A stretch of 64,000 nt of DNA from an uncultured Planctomycetota bacterium. GTDB lineage: Bacteria; Planctomycetota; PLA2; JAEUHO01. A program made the position numbers and the translations under genes. The stretch spans positions 1,536,001-1,600,000 of the forward strand of contig CAVVXN010000005.1 in the NCBI GenBank assembly GCA_963752285.1, written 5' to 3'. Numbering within the stretch: the first letter of the stretch is position 1; each line of letters starts with the position of its first letter. Below are positions 59,475 through 64,000 of the stretch, one piece after another. The notes under the pieces are model-generated. The model saw only the letters and a list, made by a program, of their open reading frames with translations. It was not told the DNA's origin and ran no database searches.

Positions 59475-61142
59475 TCAGGCGTAGGGCGTGTACGAGGGCT
59501 CGAACATGAGGCCGCGGACGTGCTCCCTCAGGTCGTCGGGCCGGGGCGCGCGCGCGAGGCCACGTTCGTACGCGACCTGCGCGACCTCGGTCGCGATCGT
59601 GAGCGAGACCTCGCGGATGCGCGTGAGCGAGGGGTAGACGCGTCCGATCCGCAGGTCGTCCGCGGACACCTCGGACGCGAGCGCCTTGGCTGACGTGTAG
59701 AACATCTCGTCGGTGACGCGCGACGCCTGCACGGCGATCGCGGCGAGGCCCACGCCCGGGAAGATGTACGCGTTGTTCCCCTGGCCGGGCACGAACGTCC
59801 GTCCGCCCACGTCCACCGGGTCGAAGGGGCTCCCGCTCGCGAAGACCGCGGCGCCGTCGCTCCACTCGTAGGCCTGACGCGCGGTGCACTCCGACTTCGA
59901 GGTCGGGTTGGAGAGCGCGAAGACGATGGGGCGCTCGTTCACGCGCGCCATGGCGCGGACCACGGGCTCCGTGAACGAACGGGCGACCGTCGAGACGCCG
60001 ATCAGTCCGGCGGGACGCAGCGCTTCGACGGCCGAGAGGAGATCGGGGAGGAACGCGTGATCGTGCGCGTACGGCTTCTTGTGGTCCGCGAGGTCCGTTC
60101 GGGCGCGGCACACGAGACCCTTCGAGTCGAGGAACCAGCACTGGCGCCGGGCGGCCTCGGGGGTCAGCCCCTGGTCCACCATGCCCGCGACGATCGTGTC
60201 GGCGATCCCGATGCCGGCCTCGCCGGCGCCGAGGAACAGGAACCGGCAGTCCGTGAGACGGCGGTTCGTGAGCCGGAGCGCGGACAGGATGCCGGCCAGC
60301 GCGACCGCTCCCGTTCCCTGGATGTCGTCGTCGAAGCAGCAGACGCGATCCCGGTAGTCCGCGAGCAGGCGGAAGGCATTCGTCGTGGCGAAGTCCTCGA
60401 GCTGCACCACCAGGTTGGGGAACCGGTCGGTCAGCGCGCTCACGAGCTCGTCGAAGAGCTCGTCGAACTCGCGCCCGCGGAGCCGGCGACGCGGGACGCC
60501 CGTGTAGAGCGGGTCGTCGAGCAACGTCTGGTTGTTCGTCCCGACGTCGAGCGTCACGGGGAGGCACTGCGTCGGATCGATCCCGGCGCAGGCGGTGTAG
60601 AGCGAGAGCTTCCCGACGGGAATGCCCATCCCGAACGCGCCGAGGTCGCCCAGGCCGAGGATGCGCTCGCCGTCGGTCACCACGACGATGCGGACGTCGT
60701 CGTGCGGCCAGTTCACGAGCAGGTCCGCCACGCGCCCCCGGTCGTCGGCGGAGACGTAGAGCCCGCGCGGCCTGCGGAAGATGTGGCCGTACGTCTGGCA
60801 CGCCTGGCCCACCGTCGGCGTGTAGATGATGGGCATCACCGCGCCGAGGTGGTCCATCACCACGCGATAGAACAGCGTCTCGTTCCGGTCCTGCAGCGAC
60901 ACCAGCTCGATGTAGCGGGCGAGGTCGTTCGGCTGCCGCGCCAGGTTTTCCATGACGCGCTGAACCTGGAGATCCTGCGTCATCGGGCGCGGGGGCAGGA
61001 GCCCGCGGAGGCCGAGCTGCTCGCGCTCCGCCTCCGTGAAGGCCGTTCCCTTGTTGCGGACCGGGTCGTGGAGGAGGTGGACGCCGCGCGGGAAGACCGG
61101 CGGGACGGCGTGGGTGCGCTCGAGGCGGGATGCGGTGCTCAT
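59475..61142 (-). CDS. maeA: NAD-dependent malic enzyme
   Basis: NKGTAFT, IYTPTVG, VTDGERILGLGDLG, DDIQGT, GAGEAG, LSNPT, QGNNAYIFPG. Confidence 0.95.
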   Translation of the reverse strand: MSTASRLERTHAVPPVFPRGVHLLHDPVRNKGTAFTEAEREQLGLRGLLPPRPMTQDLQVQRVMENLARQPNDLARYIELVSLQDRNETLFYRVVMDHLGAVMPIIYTPTVGQACQTYGHIFRRPRGLYVSADDRGRVADLLVNWPHDDVRIVVVTDGERILGLGDLGAFGMGIPVGKLSLYTACAGIDPTQCLPVTLDVGTNNQTLLDDPLYTGVPRRRLRGREFDELFDELVSALTDRFPNLVVQLEDFATTNAFRLLADYRDRVCCFDDDIQGTGAVALAGILSALRLTNRRLTDCRFLFLGAGEAGIGIADTIVAGMVDQGLTPEAARRQCWFLDSKGLVCRARTDLADHKKPYAHDHAFLPDLLSAVEALRPAGLIGVSTVARSFTEPVVRAMARVNERPIVFALSNPTSKSECTARQAYEWSDGAAVFASGSPFDPVDVGGRTFVPGQGNNAYIFPGVGLAAIAVQASRVTDEMFYTSAKALASEVSADDLRIGRVYPSLTRIREVSLTIATEVAQVAYERGLARAPRPDDLREHVRGLMFEPSYTPYA

Positions 61143-61324
61143 GCTCCCGAGGATAGATCGTCGGCTTCCGGCCCCAAGCGCGGACGAGGCGCCTTCCCGC
61201 CCGACACCCGTTCGCACGCGAAGCGTCTTCGTGCCTCGCCGCGGCGGGCGGGTCGCGCGCGGCGTACCATCGCGGGGGGCCGCGCGGACGACGCCGGACG
61301 CGGGGCCCGGAGGAGCCCGGCCGG

Positions 61325-61876
61325 ATGCGCACGTTCCTGGCGACCACGCTCTCTGCGGCGTGCCTGCTCCTCGCGCTCGGCCGAACGGCGCGCGCGGGCC
61401 CGGGGTCGGACCCTCGTGGCCCGTCGCCGGCCCCGGCCGCCCCGCCGCCGACGTGGCGGTGGCAGGCCGTCCCGGTCTACGAGGACGTCGAGGTCCCCGT
61501 CACCGAACGGAGGAAGAAGCCGCTCGTGCGCATCCGATTCGTGCCGCGCTACGAGGTGATCGTGGAGCCGGTGTACGGAGAGCGGCGCGTCCCCGTCGTG
61601 AAGCGGGTCGTGGACCCGGCGACCGGAGCCGCCCGGGATGTGGTCGTCGGCGAGCGCACGGTGCGCGTCGTGGCCCACGAGAGGCGCCGGCGCCACCTCG
61701 TGCGGTACGACCCCGTCGAGGTGCCGATCGGTTGCACGTGGGAGACCGTCACCACGGGTACGAGGAAGGTGCACGTGCTGAAGGGTTGGCGGTGGGCACG
61801 CGTTCTCGTCGCCGACACGCCGACCGGGTCGCCCGCCGCGGCGACCCTTGACGACGGCGCGGCGGCGACGCGCTGA
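61325..61876 (+). CDS. Hypothetical secreted Val/Pro-rich beta-strand protein
   Basis: Signal peptide; VPVYEDVEVPV, EPVYGERRVPV, DPVEVPI. Confidence 0.65.
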   Translation: MRTFLATTLSAACLLLALGRTARAGPGSDPRGPSPAPAAPPPTWRWQAVPVYEDVEVPVTERRKKPLVRIRFVPRYEVIVEPVYGERRVPVVKRVVDPATGAARDVVVGERTVRVVAHERRRRHLVRYDPVEVPIGCTWETVTTGTRKVHVLKGWRWARVLVADTPTGSPAAATLDDGAAATR

Positions 61877-61980
61877 CCGCTGCGGGCCGCGCGTCCATCG
61901 CGCGCGGTTCGTGATGGCGATGGACCTCGGCACGTTCGTGAAGGACCAGATGCCGCCGCGCGGCGCGCGCCGGCCGTGCC

Positions 61981-62208
61981 CTACCGCCCCTCGATGTCGT
62001 CGATCGCGGCCTCCACGTCGGCGAGGCGTGCGCGGAGCGCCTCGATCTCGGCGGGGCTTCGCTCGTCGGGCGCGTGTCGCGACGCCCCCGTTCGGACCCG
62101 CGCGGAGCGCGGCGGCGGACCGCCCACGACGGGGAGCGACGCCACCGCGGTGAGGAGGACCGTTGCGAGGAGGAGGGTCGAGCGCGGCCGCCGCATCCGG
62201 GAATCCAT
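61981..62208 (-). CDS. Small hypothetical exported protein with coiled-coil end
   Basis: Hydrophobic LLLATVLLTAVASLPVV; EIEALRARLADVEAAIDDIE. Confidence 0.45.
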   Translation of the reverse strand: MDSRMRRPRSTLLLATVLLTAVASLPVVGGPPPRSARVRTGASRHAPDERSPAEIEALRARLADVEAAIDDIEGR

Positions 62209-62269
62209 CGAGAGCCGCCCCTATCGGCCACGCGGCCCCCGGGCGAGAACCCCCGCCCTCGTGACGGGG

Positions 62270-63436
62270 TCACTTCGCCTTCACGGGCTCCGCGGCCTTC
62301 GCCGCGCCCGCGGCGCCGGTGAAGCCGGCGGCGGAGAGGGAGTCGAGGCGCTGGGCAAGGGGCGCCGCCGAGTCGCCCTCGAGGAGCATCCGGGTCTGGT
62401 CGTGGCCCTTCCGGACGATCCCGAGGAGGAAGTCGGAAGCGACGACGGTCATCAGGACGACGTTCCCGAGCAGCGACAGGACGATCTTCACGATCTCGAA
62501 GAACGGGGCCTTGGCGTCGATCGCGAAGATGAGGAAGAACACGCTCGCGGCGGCGATGCAGGACCAGTACCGGAGGCGGAGCGCGGCGAGCTCGCGGCTC
62601 ATGACGTCGGGCTCGAGCGGCGGGACGAGTCGCCGCCCGCGGACCACGATCACCACCATGCCCAGGAGGACCGACGCGATCGCCAGCACCAGGATCACGT
62701 TGCCGAAGATCTGGTTCACGACCGCGAAGATCACGAAGAGGATCGTGGCGAAGAGCGGCGCCGTGAACATCGCGGTCCAGCCGGGCATGGGACTCTCGGG
62801 CAGGACCGTCTTGAGCGACAGGGCCGAGCGGATGATCCCGGGAAAGAGCGCGAACACGCGCGGCGCGATGAGCACGACGTAGTAGAGCCCCATCCCCTTG
62901 GCGACGAGGAGCGTGAGGCCCCGCTCCGCCTCGCCGGTCGGCAGGTTCAGGACCTCCTGGACGGGGATCGTCGCGAGGACGAAGGGGCTCAGGAAGATGA
63001 CGAGGAACCCCACGATGGCGGCGACGCGGGACGCGGCGGGGCGAGCCCACCGCCGCGCGGCGAGCGTGACGTAGATCGTTCCGACCGCGAGCGAGCCGAT
63101 GATCAACCATCGCAGCCCGTCGATCGTCTCCAGGTTCGCGTCGCCGATCGTGTTCGCCGCGCCGCGGCCGGCTTCGCCCGCGCTCTCGAGCTCGGCCCGC
63201 GTGGACGAGAACCCGATCGCCTCGCAGAGCACGAGGGCCCAGAGGACGATCGCCGCCACCGCGAGGAGCGATCGCCGCCACGCGGCGTAGTCCTGCGCCA
63301 AGGGGTCCGAGACGGGCGGCGAGGAAGCCGCGAGGACCGCACGTTCGGCGTCGGTCGCGCGCTCGACGTGGAGGTCGCCGCGGCGGAGACGCCGGAGCGC
63401 GAGCTTCGCCTCCTCCCACAGCTGCTGGCCGGTCAT
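62270..63436 (-). CDS. Hypothetical multi-pass membrane protein
   Basis: About 8 TM segments; AAGGGAG SD. Confidence 0.78.
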   Translation of the reverse strand: MTGQQLWEEAKLALRRLRRGDLHVERATDAERAVLAASSPPVSDPLAQDYAAWRRSLLAVAAIVLWALVLCEAIGFSSTRAELESAGEAGRGAANTIGDANLETIDGLRWLIIGSLAVGTIYVTLAARRWARPAASRVAAIVGFLVIFLSPFVLATIPVQEVLNLPTGEAERGLTLLVAKGMGLYYVVLIAPRVFALFPGIIRSALSLKTVLPESPMPGWTAMFTAPLFATILFVIFAVVNQIFGNVILVLAIASVLLGMVVIVVRGRRLVPPLEPDVMSRELAALRLRYWSCIAAASVFFLIFAIDAKAPFFEIVKIVLSLLGNVVLMTVVASDFLLGIVRKGHDQTRMLLEGDSAAPLAQRLDSLSAAGFTGAAGAAKAAEPVKAK

Positions 63437-63488
63437 CGTCGGTGCTCCCTTCGTGCGGCGACGCGCTCGGGGGGACTCTACCCGCCCC

Positions 63489-64000
63489 TCACCGGGGCGT
63501 GACCGGTCCGCCCGGCGTCGAGCCGCCCCGCGGGGTGGGCGACCAGGGAGGCGAGCTCTCGTCGTCGTCGCCCGCGCGCGGCCGACCGTCGGGACCGCCG
63601 TCCACCGGGTCGAAGATCCAGCACTTCGCCTCGCTGTAGTACACGGTCCAGCCCCACGGGGTCCGCGCGTCGTGCGCCATCACGTCCTTCGCGGCCTCGA
63701 TCATCCGGAGCGCGCGCGGGCGGAGCGCCGGGTCGAGGTACCGGAGGACGGCGTCGAGGTCCCGCTGGCCGCGGTACTCGGGCCGACGCGGGTCGAGCGC
63801 CAGCAGGTTGCCCTGCTGCCCGGGCACGACGTCGCCGGCCGGCCAGCGCGCGGCCTCGGGGACGCCCGGCGGCGACCACGCGCGGTGGAGGAGCCGCGAC
63901 GCGGTGGTCTCGAGGGACGCCGGGAGCGTTCGACCGTCGTATGCGTCGAGGCAGTCGCTCAGACGGATCGCCGTCAACGGCGCCGCCGAGAAGCGGCCGT
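63489..64000 (-). CDS. Hypothetical protein, C-terminal part; frame stays open past the window edge
   Basis: No stop between 63977 and 64000; coding-like composition (WGWTVYYSEAKCWIFDP). Confidence 0.55.
   Translation of the reverse strand, partial: GRFSAAPLTAIRLSDCLDAYDGRTLPASLETTASRLLHRAWSPPGVPEAARWPAGDVVPGQQGNLLALDPRRPEYRGQRDLDAVLRYLDPALRPRALRMIEAAKDVMAHDARTPWGWTVYYSEAKCWIFDPVDGGPDGRPRAGDDDESSPPWSPTPRGGSTPGGPVTPR

Noticed and set aside
61890..61960. Short coding-like stretch (FVMAMDLGTFVKDQMPP) between convergent genes
   Set aside because: Too short, with no credible start/stop context or recognisable family; it may be chance or a gene remnant.

Overview
A gene-dense, very GC-rich (roughly three-quarters GC by eye, not computed) bacterial chromosomal segment with about 53 protein-coding genes. 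I found no rRNA, tRNA, CRISPR array, integrase or transposase. Gene content suggests a Planctomycetota-like or myxobacterial organism (inference): a DUF1570-type peptidase, a Ser/Thr kinase-STAND protein, secreted C2 domains and hydrazine-synthase-like proteins. Ordinary content: tpx, an M1 aminopeptidase, tldD-pmbA, livKHMGF, polar amino acid, Fe/B12-type and MacB-type ABC transporters, amrS, ybaK, malic enzyme and a PLP decarboxylase. Top candidate for a new system: a translationally coupled pair encoding a miniature hydrazine-synthase-like complex at 27847-30839. It comprises a shortened mono-haem HzsA-like lipoprotein and a fused beta-propeller/di-haem HzsBC-like protein, flanked by a CX14CX2C radical SAM gene and a Cys-rich ABC importer with a sigma-54-type promoter. 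Other highlights: a GT3 glycogen synthase-phosphorylase fusion in an operon with a GH133 debranching enzyme and a CHAD-CYTH polyphosphate protein; a secreted Bacillus Tgl-like transglutaminase; a tandem-C2 protein divergent from a patatin; a Moco-oxidoreductase-pentapeptide fusion; and a repeated leaderless-promoter signature. All family calls come from motif recognition by eye; no database search was run.
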